From NCBI GenBank assembly GCA_965153455.1, contig OZ234493.1, forward strand, positions 4,092,001 to 4,156,000: a stretch of 64,000 bases of DNA, written 5' to 3'. The notes under the pieces were generated by a model. It saw nothing but the letters and a program-made list of their open reading frames with translations, did not search any database and had not been told where the DNA came from. The position numbers and the translations under genes were made by a program. Every line of letters starts with the position of its first letter. The stretch's first letter is position 1. This DNA is from Sphagnum compactum (taxonomy: Eukaryota). This document shows positions 63,540 through 64,000 of the stretch, piece by piece.

Positions 63540-64000
63540 AGCTAAGGAAGACATATATCTAAGATTCATTTTCCCCTAAGAGGCAAACCTTAGCAAACCT
63601 TAGCATGCAATGCCAAACCTTGAAAAACATCTCACTAGTTAGAATGAAAATATTGAATAGTTGGGCAAAGGATAAATTGCATAAGTCTTTCAAACAATTG
63701 ACAATGAAGGAAAGGGATTCTTTGAACTACAATTTGAAAAGGAACAAGGCAAAACATCTACATTAAGCCATTTAGGTCGCAAGTATGAAAATCAACTCAT
63801 CACTTTCTTTAATTGGAAACCACATTTGTTTTCATTAGATTCCAAAGAAAATGAAAGCCTAGATCATCCAATTTGGATTAAATCGTGGGGTTAAGCCAAT
63901 TCATGAGAATATAAACATATAAAAATCAATTGGTAACCAAATAGGGATGGTCCAATTCATTGACAACTTAGAGTTTGAAAAGGCTAAAATGTTGGGCCCA
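63540..64000 (+). mobile_element. Decayed L1-type LINE ORF1 (DUF4283-like), running off the window
   Basis: Translations EGKGFFELQFEKEQG (~63706), FFNWKPHL (~63805) and HPIWIK (~63865) fit the plant L1 ORF1 pattern GxGFFxxxF...WxP...P.W. Frameshifted. Confidence 0.65.

Overview
Eukaryotic land-plant nuclear DNA: GT-AG introns, plastid transit peptides and TTTAGGG-type telomere motifs. A moss such as Sphagnum is my inference from overall repeat style and is unverified. Five spliced protein-coding genes lie on the + strand: the 3' part of an LRR receptor-like kinase with a degenerate catalytic site, a chloroplast J8-type DnaJ, a SETD9/C5orf35-like SET protein, a plastid shikimate kinase and a complete ~5,719-aa midasin (MDN1/Rea1). 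Intergenic DNA is AT-rich and holds decayed elements: a reverse-transcriptase relic with Penelope-like motifs, two L1-type LINE relics, an LTR-retrotransposon integrase relic, a ~550-bp foldback element and MITE-like repeats. Most striking are (i) the Penelope-like RT fossil, (ii) midasin exon 1 bracketed by two different telomere-motif arrays, a graded AAACCCT minisatellite upstream and a ~218-bp hairpin-forming array in intron 1, and (iii) midasin having only 5 introns and a 10-kb terminal exon. No CRISPR, rRNA or tRNA genes were seen. Exon boundaries were read by eye from splice signals and frame continuity.
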